In this document: positions 56,241 through 64,000 of the stretch, one piece after another
Layout: each line of letters starts with the position of its first letter
How positions within the stretch are numbered: the stretch's first letter is position 1
Source: an uncultured Poribacteria bacterium
Lineage (GTDB): Bacteria > Poribacteria > WGA-4E > WGA-3G
DNA: 64,000 bases
Reading direction: 5' to 3'
NCBI GenBank assembly: GCA_958296135.2
Contig: CATQHZ020000001.1
Coordinates: 4,640,001 to 4,704,000 of the forward strand
Made by a program: the position numbers and the translations under genes
The notes under the pieces: generated by a model
Databases searched by the model: none
Told to the model about the DNA's origin: nothing
What the model saw: the letters and a program-made list of their open reading frames with translations, nothing else

Positions 56241-57255
56241 TATCAGACAATCGAACCGGACGATTTTCTCGCAGCGATTGCATCGCAGCGAAGCCCATCA
56301 CAACCGGCACGCGCCCATCTTCACCTGTCACTAACGGCGGAGTATCCTCCCGAATGCAAGTCAAAAACGCTTGCAATTCGGCGAGGAATGCCGGTTTGTA
56401 GCGTTCTACAAAAAAGTAGGGCGGCGATGCTGCACGCGTGCCTTTGCTCCCACTGAAAATGACGGTATCTGTCAACGGATTTGCCGCTGTCACCATGCCT
56501 TTTGAGCCGAAGACTTCCACACGCTGGTCATAGCCGTAAACAGCCTCTCGGCTATTGTCGATTGTCCCGATGATACCATTGCGGAACTTCAAGGTGATAA
56601 CAGCGGTGTCAATATCGCCTGCCTCTCCGATGCTCGGGTCAACGCGCACGCCACCGGTAGCATAGACTTCAGTTACCTCATCCCCGATGAGGTAGCGCGC
56701 CATATCAAAATCGTGGATAGTCATGTCCAAAAAGATGCCACCGGATACCTTGACATATTCAATCGGCGGTGGAGCCGGGTCGCGGCTGGTAATGCGCAGG
56801 ATGTGCGGCTCCCCAATTTCGCCAGAGGCGACAGCCTCCCGCACTCGCCGAAAACTCGTGTCAAACCTGCGATTAAAGCCTACCTGAAACTTAACGCCGC
56901 TCCTCTCCACGATAGCCAACGTCTCGTCAATCCGCGCCAAGTTGAAGGCAATAGGTTTCTCGCAAAAGATATGTTTCCCTGCTTCGGCGGCTTCTTGGCT
57001 AATTTGGACGTGCGTATCGGTAGAGGTGCAGACTAGCACTGCGTCAATCTGTGCATCGGTTAACAGGGTCGTGTAGTCGTTTGTCACTTTCGGCACATTG
57101 AACTGCGCGGCGAGGGTATCAATGCGTCCCCGTTCTAAACTGCAAATAGTGACAAGTTCCGCGTCCGGTATATCTTGAGCGAGGTGCTCAATGTGCAGTG
57201 TGCCGATGCGCCCTGCACCGATAACGCCGACGTTGATTTTAGAGGTGTTGTTCAT
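56236..57255 (-). CDS. iolG: Inositol 2-dehydrogenase
   Basis: Motifs GAGRIG, CEKP, GFNRRFD, SRDP, DMTIHDFD, YGYDQR.EV.G; iol gene context. Confidence 0.9.
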   Translation of the reverse strand: MNNTSKINVGVIGAGRIGTLHIEHLAQDIPDAELVTICSLERGRIDTLAAQFNVPKVTNDYTTLLTDAQIDAVLVCTSTDTHVQISQEAAEAGKHIFCEKPIAFNLARIDETLAIVERSGVKFQVGFNRRFDTSFRRVREAVASGEIGEPHILRITSRDPAPPPIEYVKVSGGIFLDMTIHDFDMARYLIGDEVTEVYATGGVRVDPSIGEAGDIDTAVITLKFRNGIIGTIDNSREAVYGYDQRVEVFGSKGMVTAANPLTDTVIFSGSKGTRAASPPYFFVERYKPAFLAELQAFLTCIREDTPPLVTGEDGRVPVVMGFAAMQSLRENRPVRLSDT

Positions 57256-57267
57256 CCGGCCCATCTC

Positions 57268-59292
57268 CTAATTCGCGCGCAGCACGTCGGTTTCAATGCT
57301 TTGGATGAGCCGATAGACGCGCCCTGCTTCTCGGTTTTTGTCCAGAAACGCCTGATAACTCCGATAGGCATCCTCAATGAGTTCATCGTAAAGGACAACG
57401 CGGACGTTTTGGACAGCCATCATCCGCTTGGATTGCTCTGCCTGTTCGGCATCTGTCCACTGCACGAGGGGTTTCCCGACGATGCAGACAACCTCCACCG
57501 GTTCGTTCTTTCCGGTCGCGCGAACCAGTTTTCGCAACGCATTGCTGTATTTATCGACCTGGGAGAGGAGTCCATACACATCCAGTACCCGATCGGCGCG
57601 CTTGAGTTCAATGATAACGTGCTTCCCCGAGGTCATTTTGTATTTGATGTCAAAGCGTCCCCGTTTCTCTTCGTCGGTGAGGTTCGCGTCAATCTTCGCA
57701 AATGCGGTTGTGACGTTTTGCTCCATCAACGGGGTTTCAGTAGCGCGATCCCACGAAGGATCAAGCAACCAGAGGTGCTCATAGAGATACTCCTGAATGA
57801 CTTTTTCCTTCTCGTTGTCTGCCACGTGTGTGTGCAGTACCTTGATAACCCGGAGCCGTTCTTGAACGATGCGATAATACAGCGATGCCTCAATATCGTC
57901 CAATGCAGCGAAAATCTGGGTAACCGCGTCCAGATTTTCGGGCGTTATCCGATCCAACGCCTCAAGTTCCCCTTTGTACCTGATATTCTCAAACGCTAAA
58001 ACGCACTGTTGATAGAGCCCAACTTTATCCTTTTTGTCTAAGGTGAGTTGGCCAATCTTCCCAAACAGCGATTCTGCTTGTCGTCTCTCGCCGCGGTCCA
58101 GCCCGCGCAACCATTCAGCAATGGCATGAATCTTCTTGGCTTCCTGGCCTCCTTGCTCCTTACGCAAAGCTGTCCATTGACTCTGGATGCGTTTGAGTTC
58201 ACTTCTAACCCACTTTTGAAGAGCGCGGTACCTCGGGTCATCTTTGATAATCTCTTGTCGGTTGCTGGTAGCGATGTCAGCTTCGCCATCCCGATCCAAA
58301 AAATCGGCATGGATTTCACCCATGAGGTATTTTGTGTAAAGCCCACCTTCGGAAAAATCCTCAAGGATGTCTTCCTGCGCGAGTTTACCGCGAACCATGA
58401 CAACAATCTTGTTGAGGTTGTCGCCACCGTCTTCCGCATTGAGGTCTCCGGATTTCCGGACAGTGCCAATCCAACCTGTTACGTTGTAGTTGTTAACTGA
58501 GTCAGCGTCGCCTTCGCCCGGTTCCTTGACGGTTCCATCTCTTTTTTCTGCGTGCTCAGGCTTCTCTAATCTGCAAAATTCCCGATATTTCTCACTACCA
58601 TCGCCGTAATGCCACAAATATTGGAGCTTGTGGAAGTAGTCTCGATCTTCAACGGTTACGCGCGTTCCATCAATCGCGACGTTAAAATTGTGTTCAGTTC
58701 CGATGATACTGAACCGCCGCGCTAAGCGTTTTCTCAGAGCTGTGGATGTCGTCTGGGAAACCCGCTTTTTTAAATCCGTCAGGACGATCTGCGTTCCGGC
58801 TTTATCAAGAGTTATCTCAGATTCATCCAGAGGCTCCGGGTGGTACGTATTCCCCTCTTGTTCAATTGCGGCTTTGATTTTCTCCACTGACATCACAAAA
58901 CCACTCTTTTCTCTCTCCTTCTCTCTGTCCTTAACTGTCTGAACTTCAACAGTTTCGGCAATTGAAAAGAGCGAAAGTTTGCCGATACCCTTGCGTCCCA
59001 TAACGGGGCGGTCATGCTCGCGAGTTCGGACCTGTTCGTTTTTGCGGCGTTCGTAGCCGACTTTGAGATATTTGTCGTTAATATCGGCTTCGCTCATGCC
59101 GTGCCCATCGTCGGTGATGAGGATCTTATCTTCCTCAATGACAATGTTGACGTTGACATTTGAGGCATCTGCATCCCAGGAATTCGCAACGACTTCCGAC
59201 AGCACAGCGGGGACATTGCTATAGAGATTGAGCCCGAGATGGTTGAGGACGTTGAGACTCATGCGCATCTCATACTTGTTGGGTTTACCCAT
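57268..59292 (-). CDS. GHKL/MutL-like ATPase fused to a C-terminal PD-(D/E)xK nuclease (restriction endonuclease candidate)
   Basis: Motifs EVVANSWDA, D.GHGM, GRKGIGK; C-terminal RFDI..IIELKR. Start overlaps the MTase stop. Confidence 0.85.
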   Translation of the reverse strand: MGKPNKYEMRMSLNVLNHLGLNLYSNVPAVLSEVVANSWDADASNVNVNIVIEEDKILITDDGHGMSEADINDKYLKVGYERRKNEQVRTREHDRPVMGRKGIGKLSLFSIAETVEVQTVKDREKEREKSGFVMSVEKIKAAIEQEGNTYHPEPLDESEITLDKAGTQIVLTDLKKRVSQTTSTALRKRLARRFSIIGTEHNFNVAIDGTRVTVEDRDYFHKLQYLWHYGDGSEKYREFCRLEKPEHAEKRDGTVKEPGEGDADSVNNYNVTGWIGTVRKSGDLNAEDGGDNLNKIVVMVRGKLAQEDILEDFSEGGLYTKYLMGEIHADFLDRDGEADIATSNRQEIIKDDPRYRALQKWVRSELKRIQSQWTALRKEQGGQEAKKIHAIAEWLRGLDRGERRQAESLFGKIGQLTLDKKDKVGLYQQCVLAFENIRYKGELEALDRITPENLDAVTQIFAALDDIEASLYYRIVQERLRVIKVLHTHVADNEKEKVIQEYLYEHLWLLDPSWDRATETPLMEQNVTTAFAKIDANLTDEEKRGRFDIKYKMTSGKHVIIELKRADRVLDVYGLLSQVDKYSNALRKLVRATGKNEPVEVVCIVGKPLVQWTDAEQAEQSKRMMAVQNVRVVLYDELIEDAYRSYQAFLDKNREAGRVYRLIQSIETDVLRAN

Positions 59293-60439
59293 GGGTGTTC
59301 TCCTCCACATGTTTTTGAATGCTTTGCCCGATAACGGTTGCAAGTCTGACAGGTACCGCGTTCCCGATGTGAATACCTAATTGCGTGATTCTCACCGGAA
59401 CCCTCGGCTCAAGAAAGTCGTAATCTTCTGGGAATGTTTGCAGCAGCGCGCCTTCTCGGATTGAAAGTGCGCGGTCTTGCTCAGGATGCCCGAATCGTCC
59501 ACTACCGAAGTTATGAAACTGCGTTGTTATCGTCGGGCCGGGTTTATCCCATTCCATACGTCCATAAACCGAAGTGTAAGTTTCTCCCGACGGCTTTTGG
59601 TGGCATGGCGCGCGTAGCTGCACATCCCAATCTTTCCATGTGCCACCCGGTTTTGACTGCTTAATTCGTGCCTGATTCTTAGCCTTAAACCTTCTTGCGC
59701 GATGGAGCGAGTCGGTTTCAGACACTTCCCCGGCGGCGATTGGGGGCAAGTCATCTATGGTTTCCCGGACCGTCGGACAGGGGGGCAACCTTTCATAATC
59801 TTCTGTTTGTAGAAGCGATGTCTCGCCTGCGCAGCCCAATGTGGCGCGCAAATGCGTTTTCGGGATAAGCGAAATCTCTCCCAAAGTGGAAGCAAGCAGC
59901 ACGAGACGACGACGCTTTTGCGGAACGCCATAGTCGGGACAGTAGACCAGCACTTGATAAACGGAATACTTGAGAAATTTAAGTTTACCAATGAAATCGG
60001 CAAAAATGTCTTCCTTTCTGATAGGCGTGACATTCTCAAAGGCGACAATTTCGGGCCGGACTTCCTCAATTAAACGTCCGAAGTCGTTGAGTAAGCCCCA
60101 CTTATCATCTTGACGTTGGTCTTTGTGTTTCCGGTATTTCCGCGTATGCACTGAAAACGGCTGGCATGGCGCGCATCCAACGAGCAGTTTGACATCACCC
60201 GATGGGTATAGGGAAGAAAGTTCAGGTCCCTCAAATTTGCGAATATCTTTTTCAATAAACGTCGCCGCATTGTTTTTCTCAAAGGCATAACGGCACGTCG
60301 GGTCGACATCAAGGCCCGCGAGCACTTTTATGCCCGATTGCTGAAGTCCATGTGTCAGGCCACCAACGCCGCAAAACAGATCCACGGCGGATATGGAGAC
60401 GGATGTGTTCCGTTTTTGCAATGCGCTCATAGCGGTCAC
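59285..60439 (-). CDS. dcm: C5-cytosine DNA methyltransferase
   Basis: Motifs DLFCGVGG, APCQPFS, ENV, Q.RRR, R.LS.RE..LQ.F, IGNAVP. Confidence 0.93.
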   Translation of the reverse strand: MTAMSALQKRNTSVSISAVDLFCGVGGLTHGLQQSGIKVLAGLDVDPTCRYAFEKNNAATFIEKDIRKFEGPELSSLYPSGDVKLLVGCAPCQPFSVHTRKYRKHKDQRQDDKWGLLNDFGRLIEEVRPEIVAFENVTPIRKEDIFADFIGKLKFLKYSVYQVLVYCPDYGVPQKRRRLVLLASTLGEISLIPKTHLRATLGCAGETSLLQTEDYERLPPCPTVRETIDDLPPIAAGEVSETDSLHRARRFKAKNQARIKQSKPGGTWKDWDVQLRAPCHQKPSGETYTSVYGRMEWDKPGPTITTQFHNFGSGRFGHPEQDRALSIREGALLQTFPEDYDFLEPRVPVRITQLGIHIGNAVPVRLATVIGQSIQKHVEENTHG

Positions 60440-60483
60440 CGTTGACAGAATGTGCTAATTCAGGAGTCAATCCATAATCATTA

Positions 60484-60512
60484 ATTATAGCACAAAAAGC
60501 AAAAATTGTCAA
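60484..60512 (-). promoter_or_regulatory. Consensus extended sigma70 promoter of the MTase
   Basis: TTGACA-N17-TATAAT with TG. Confidence 0.85.
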
Positions 60513-60539
60513 AAATTGTTTTTCAATCAACACAGCGCG

Positions 60540-61442
60540 CTAGAGGATAGAACGCAGATACGCCAAATTCCGCGCAGCACTCTCCCGAGGGCTACCCATC
60601 CCCGGCAACACATCCTGCTCCACAACGATCCAACCGTCGTAATTTTGCGCTCGCAACGCAGCGATGACAGCCGGAAAATCTACATCGCCTTGCCCAAGCT
60701 CGCAGAAAACCCCGGTGCCGACAGACGCAAAGTAATCCCACTCCTCTGCACGAGAACACGCCGCAATACCTGGATGGCAGTCTTTGAAATGGACATGCCA
60801 GATGCGTTCCGCATAACGAGCGTAGAGGTCCAGCGGATCTCCGCCGCCGAACCGATAATGTCCAGTATCAAAACATAAGCCGACTAGGTCCGGATCGGTG
60901 CTTTGCATCAGCCGGTCCACCTCCGCCGGTGTCTCTATGTAACCTGCGCAGTGTGGATGAAAAACGGTGCTGAGTCCGGTCTTCTCTTGCACTATCTCTG
61001 CGATATAATGCACGCCATGCACGAAAATCGCCCACTCCTCCGAGGTTAATCCGTGTTCAGGCCGGATCCGCCCGGCGTTGTGGGTGCGCAAGGCAGAGGT
61101 GCCGTTATCATCTGAAAGCACGATGAAGGGACCCCGCGGGTGATAGCCCTCAACTTGGGCTAACAGCCTCGCATACCGCAGGGCCTCCGCCGCGCCGTTG
61201 TCATGAAAACGTGGATCGGCGAGGGAAACCCCCACGAAGGCACCTAACAGTGACAACTCGCGCGCTTGGAGCTCGTCGTGCAAGCGCGCCGAATTCGTCG
61301 GCATAAACCCCCAGTCGCCTAATTCGGTGCCTGCGTAACCGATAGCTTGCATCTCGTCTAATACCTGCATGTAGCCGGGGGATTCACCGGCCAAATCAAA
61401 CTCAAGGACTCCCCATGAACAGGGAGCGTTCGCGATTTTCAT
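60540..61442 (-). CDS. iolE: IolE-like myo-inosose-2 dehydratase (TIM barrel)
   Basis: Motifs AP.SWG, GY.GTELG, FHPH, DTGH, HVHFKD, LG.GDVDF, W.VVEQD. Confidence 0.75.
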   Translation of the reverse strand: MKIANAPCSWGVLEFDLAGESPGYMQVLDEMQAIGYAGTELGDWGFMPTNSARLHDELQARELSLLGAFVGVSLADPRFHDNGAAEALRYARLLAQVEGYHPRGPFIVLSDDNGTSALRTHNAGRIRPEHGLTSEEWAIFVHGVHYIAEIVQEKTGLSTVFHPHCAGYIETPAEVDRLMQSTDPDLVGLCFDTGHYRFGGGDPLDLYARYAERIWHVHFKDCHPGIAACSRAEEWDYFASVGTGVFCELGQGDVDFPAVIAALRAQNYDGWIVVEQDVLPGMGSPRESAARNLAYLRSIL

Positions 61443-61527
61443 TTTTTGTTGTTCCTAGCGGTGGTTTGGCAGCCACTTGGCAGCGGACGTTGTCTTGTCA
61501 GGCCGTCTTCACAGGAGTCAGTCAAGC
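61443..61527 (-). repeat. AAC-loop-family element (type-1 tail) abutting the ATG
   Basis: GTGAAGACGGCCTGACAAGACAACGTCC..AAACCACCGCTAGGAACAACAAAAA-ATG. Confidence 0.8.
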
Positions 61528-61533
61528 TGCCAG

Positions 61534-61870
61534 GCACGCCTATGGAAAACGGCGGGTGTCGCCCCGCGTCAGCACGGGCACGCCTACGGAAAACTGCATA
61601 CGGTAGGGAAACCGTCGAGCTGACAGTCACGCCTAGGACGAGCCCGAACTACAGAGGTGAATGGCGTAATAATTAGTTTACCTTAATCATCTAACGTCTG
61701 TCAAGAGAAAAAACAGAACCCCCGAACGATTCAGTTTTCAAATGTTCGCCATCGTGCGTAGGTGGAACTCGCCGGATCTTGCCCCAGTGAGAGGGCCAGT
61801 ACCCGATGAGCTCCGACAGTTCGGGCTCCCGATGTCACTAACATCGGAGGGTTGCAAGCCCGAACTACGC
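61534..61870. repeat. Cluster of REP modules (45-bp unit variants and AGTTCGGGCT/AGCCCGAACTAC palindromes)
   Basis: GCACGCCTA.GGAAAA..GTGTCGCCCCGCGTCAGCACGGGCACGCCTAC; hairpin at about 61819-61869. Confidence 0.6.
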
Positions 61871-61986
61871 GGGAGGAGGAGAGCACGAAATGAAAAACTG
61901 AATGTCTCTGATAGGAACCGCGGAAAGAGAGGCACGGGCGGATACAGCACTCCGCCCTTACAAGAAGAAAAACAAGCACGCTGCCG

Positions 61987-63444
61987 CTACGCCCACCGCT
62001 CAACGACAACCTTTTTCTGCGTGAAGAAGTCAACAGCATCCCAGCTCTGTCCATGCAAATCGCCGAAGAAGCTGTCTTTCCAACCGCTAAAGGGGAAGAA
62101 TGCCATCGGCGCGGCGACACCGATGTTGATGCCGATGTTGCCAATCTGCGCTTCATAGCGGAACTTGCGGGCAGCGGCACCGCTGTTCGTAAAGAGGCAC
62201 GCCATGTTACCATACCGGCCGCTGTTGATGAGCGCGATGGCATCGTCAATGGTGTCAACGTGAATGAGCCCGAGCACCGGTCCGAAGATTTCGGTTTGGG
62301 CGAGTGTGCCGTGCGGATTGAGGCCGTTGAGCACCGTCGGCCGGATGAAGTTACCGTTTTCACCGCCAGAGATGCTCGGATGTCTGCCATCAACGAGGAT
62401 GTGCGCGCCTTCTTCCGCGCCGGTCTGGATGAGTCCCTCGATGCGGGTGCGGCTTTCCGGTGTGATGACGGGCCCCATCTCCACCCCTTCGTCCAGTCCA
62501 TTTCCGACGACGCGCGCGGTGGCGGTATCGGCGATAGCCTCGGTGAACCAGCTGCGTGCTTCGCCGACAGTGAACGCGAGGGAGGCCGCGAGGCAGCGTT
62601 GCCCCGCACAGCCAAAGGCACTCTCCGCGGTGGCAGTGGCAGTGAACTGCGGCTCGGCATCGGGGAGGACGATGAGCGGGTTTTTGGCACCGCCTTGGCA
62701 CTGGACACGTTTTCCGTTTGCGGCGGCTTTGGCGTAGATTGCCTTCGCCGTCGCGGTCGCGCCGACAAAACTGACAGCTCGGATATCGGGATGCGTTAAG
62801 ATAGCATCGACAGTCTCTCTACCGCCGTTGACGAGGCTCACAACGCCTTCGGGGAGTCCAGTCTGCGCAAGCAGCTGAAACACCTTTTGCATCGTGAGCG
62901 GCACCTTCTCGGAAGGTTTGACAATCATCGTGTTGCCGCAGGCGATAGCATAAGGGAGAAACCAGAAGGTTATCATCCCAGGAAAGTTGAAGGGCGCGAT
63001 GACAGCGCACACGCCGACAGGTTGCCGAATCATGAATTCGTCGATGCCGGTGGCGATATCCTCAAGATTCGTGCCTTGCATGAGGGTAGGAATGCCGCAG
63101 GCGACTTCAACGTTCTCGATAGCGCGCCGCATTTCACCTTTTGCCTCGTCAAGCGTCTTTCCGCACTCCAGCGTAATCGTCTTGGCGATGTCGTCCAAAT
63201 TCTCCTCAAGCAGATTTTTCAACTTGAAAAGGTATTGGATACGCTGGACAGGCGGCGTTCTGCGCCAGTCGTCCAACGCAGCAGTGGCGGCGGTGACAGC
63301 GTGATGCACCTCGTCTGTTGGCGAGAGTGGGACTTGGGTGAGCACTTCGCCGGTGGCGGGGTTCGTCACGTCAAGCAGTTCGGTGGCGGCGGAGAAATGC
63401 CACGTGTTGTTGATGTAGTTTGGCAGTGGGGTTTGGATAGCCAT
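61987..63444 (-). CDS. mmsA: CoA-acylating (methyl)malonate-semialdehyde dehydrogenase
   Basis: Motifs [46 protein letters not shown]. Confidence 0.93.
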   Translation of the reverse strand: MAIQTPLPNYINNTWHFSAATELLDVTNPATGEVLTQVPLSPTDEVHHAVTAATAALDDWRRTPPVQRIQYLFKLKNLLEENLDDIAKTITLECGKTLDEAKGEMRRAIENVEVACGIPTLMQGTNLEDIATGIDEFMIRQPVGVCAVIAPFNFPGMITFWFLPYAIACGNTMIVKPSEKVPLTMQKVFQLLAQTGLPEGVVSLVNGGRETVDAILTHPDIRAVSFVGATATAKAIYAKAAANGKRVQCQGGAKNPLIVLPDAEPQFTATATAESAFGCAGQRCLAASLAFTVGEARSWFTEAIADTATARVVGNGLDEGVEMGPVITPESRTRIEGLIQTGAEEGAHILVDGRHPSISGGENGNFIRPTVLNGLNPHGTLAQTEIFGPVLGLIHVDTIDDAIALINSGRYGNMACLFTNSGAAARKFRYEAQIGNIGINIGVAAPMAFFPFSGWKDSFFGDLHGQSWDAVDFFTQKKVVVERWA

Positions 63445-63469
63445 GTCTGTTTCCTTGTCGTCAGAGCCC

Positions 63470-63566
63470 GGCGAGGGACAGATGACAGCGTTAAAGGTAG
63501 CGTGCTTTCGCAGGGCGACACACGCACGTTTGCTGTCGGCGTAACCGCAACGGCCCTCGCCTTACC
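63470..63566 (-). repeat. REPIN-like element with one 45-bp unit
   Basis: Minus strand GGCGAGGGCCGTTGCGGTTACGCCGACAGCAAACGTGCGTGTGTCGCCC..TGTCCCTCGCC. Confidence 0.7.
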
Positions 63567-63619
63567 GGCTCAGAAGTTTTTCCAGAAGATAACGTAGCGC
63601 GGGGCTTGCCCCCACGCGG

Positions 63620-64000
63620 TTAAGGGGCTTTCCGGAAGAGTTCTAGCACCTTGAGTTGTTCGATTGCGGCGACGATTTGCGGGTCAGACTCCAATTCGTC
63701 GCGAGGATTTTCGGTGATACGCGCGATAGCATATTTAATGCCGAGATCGCTGAGGACAATCTGCTCTTCGGTGAGTTCATCCGTCAAGCGTTGGTATTGC
63801 CGCAAGAGTTTGGCTGCCGGTCTGTCATCGCGCGGGGCGCGCTCGGCGGATGCAAGCTGCACAAGCACGTCGTCCCCGCTCTCCTCAATGAACGCGTTGA
63901 GTTTCTCGTGGGCGCGGAGCTTCAGTTGCATCAACTGCTCCGAACGGCTGAACCACGCGGATTTGACATCCGGCATGATGCCGATTTTGTCGATATCGGT
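63620..64000 (-). CDS. S41 carboxy-terminal processing protease, C-terminal part; runs off the right edge
   Basis: Frame is open to the edge; motif I.KIGIMPDV ... DPQI.AAIE.L. Confidence 0.7.
   Translation of the reverse strand, partial: TDIDKIGIMPDVKSAWFSRSEQLMQLKLRAHEKLNAFIEESGDDVLVQLASAERAPRDDRPAAKLLRQYQRLTDELTEEQIVLSDLGIKYAIARITENPRDELESDPQIVAAIEQLKVLELFRKAP

Noticed and set aside
5665-61527. AAC-loop elements as integron attC sites
   Set aside because: No consistent RYYYAAC...GTTRRRY end pairing across the element; copies sit 5' of housekeeping genes on both strands; no integrase is seen.
30978-61606. Recurring antisense peptide FFVVP.GG...QAV(L/F)T in small ORFs (30978+, 41660-, 52514-, 61415+)
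   Set aside because: A by-product of the DNA repeat: copies differ by frame-breaking indels and share no start codon.

Overview
A GC-rich bacterial chromosomal window with about 55 protein genes. No rRNA, tRNA or CRISPR array is visible. The gene content (ASPIC/UnbV-FG-GAP proteins, FGE-sulfatase domain, PhyH dioxygenase, ankyrin/WD40/TPR proteins, secreted proteins ending in L(T/A)TTWGALK) points to Candidatus Poribacteria, which is an inference. Housekeeping and metabolic genes include alaS, recX, coaD, larB, iolA/iolE-like/iolG, a nitrite/sulfite reductase-TusA fusion, two NCS2 permeases and an SHMT-like enzyme. Interleaved with them are defence/TA modules and their remnants (Dcm plus GHKL-nuclease, FRG-TPR, MNT-HEPN fusion, zeta-like and DUF433 fragments), a PorU-like C25 protease/PorV-like pair, and a TnpB-only IS607-like element with a pseudoknotted 5' leader. 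The most striking unexplained signal is intergenic: about 18 diverged copies of an ~85-100 nt element. Each has a covarying hairpin with an AAC loop, a sigma70-like spacing and an A-rich tail, and most end at the RBS or start codon of unrelated genes. Three other miniature repeat families coexist and nest with it: GTAG REP/REPIN modules, TATACC(A/C)AAT MITEs and 9-mer-periodic AGGAT/ATCCT hairpins. Family names come from motif recognition, not database searches; element boundaries are approximate.
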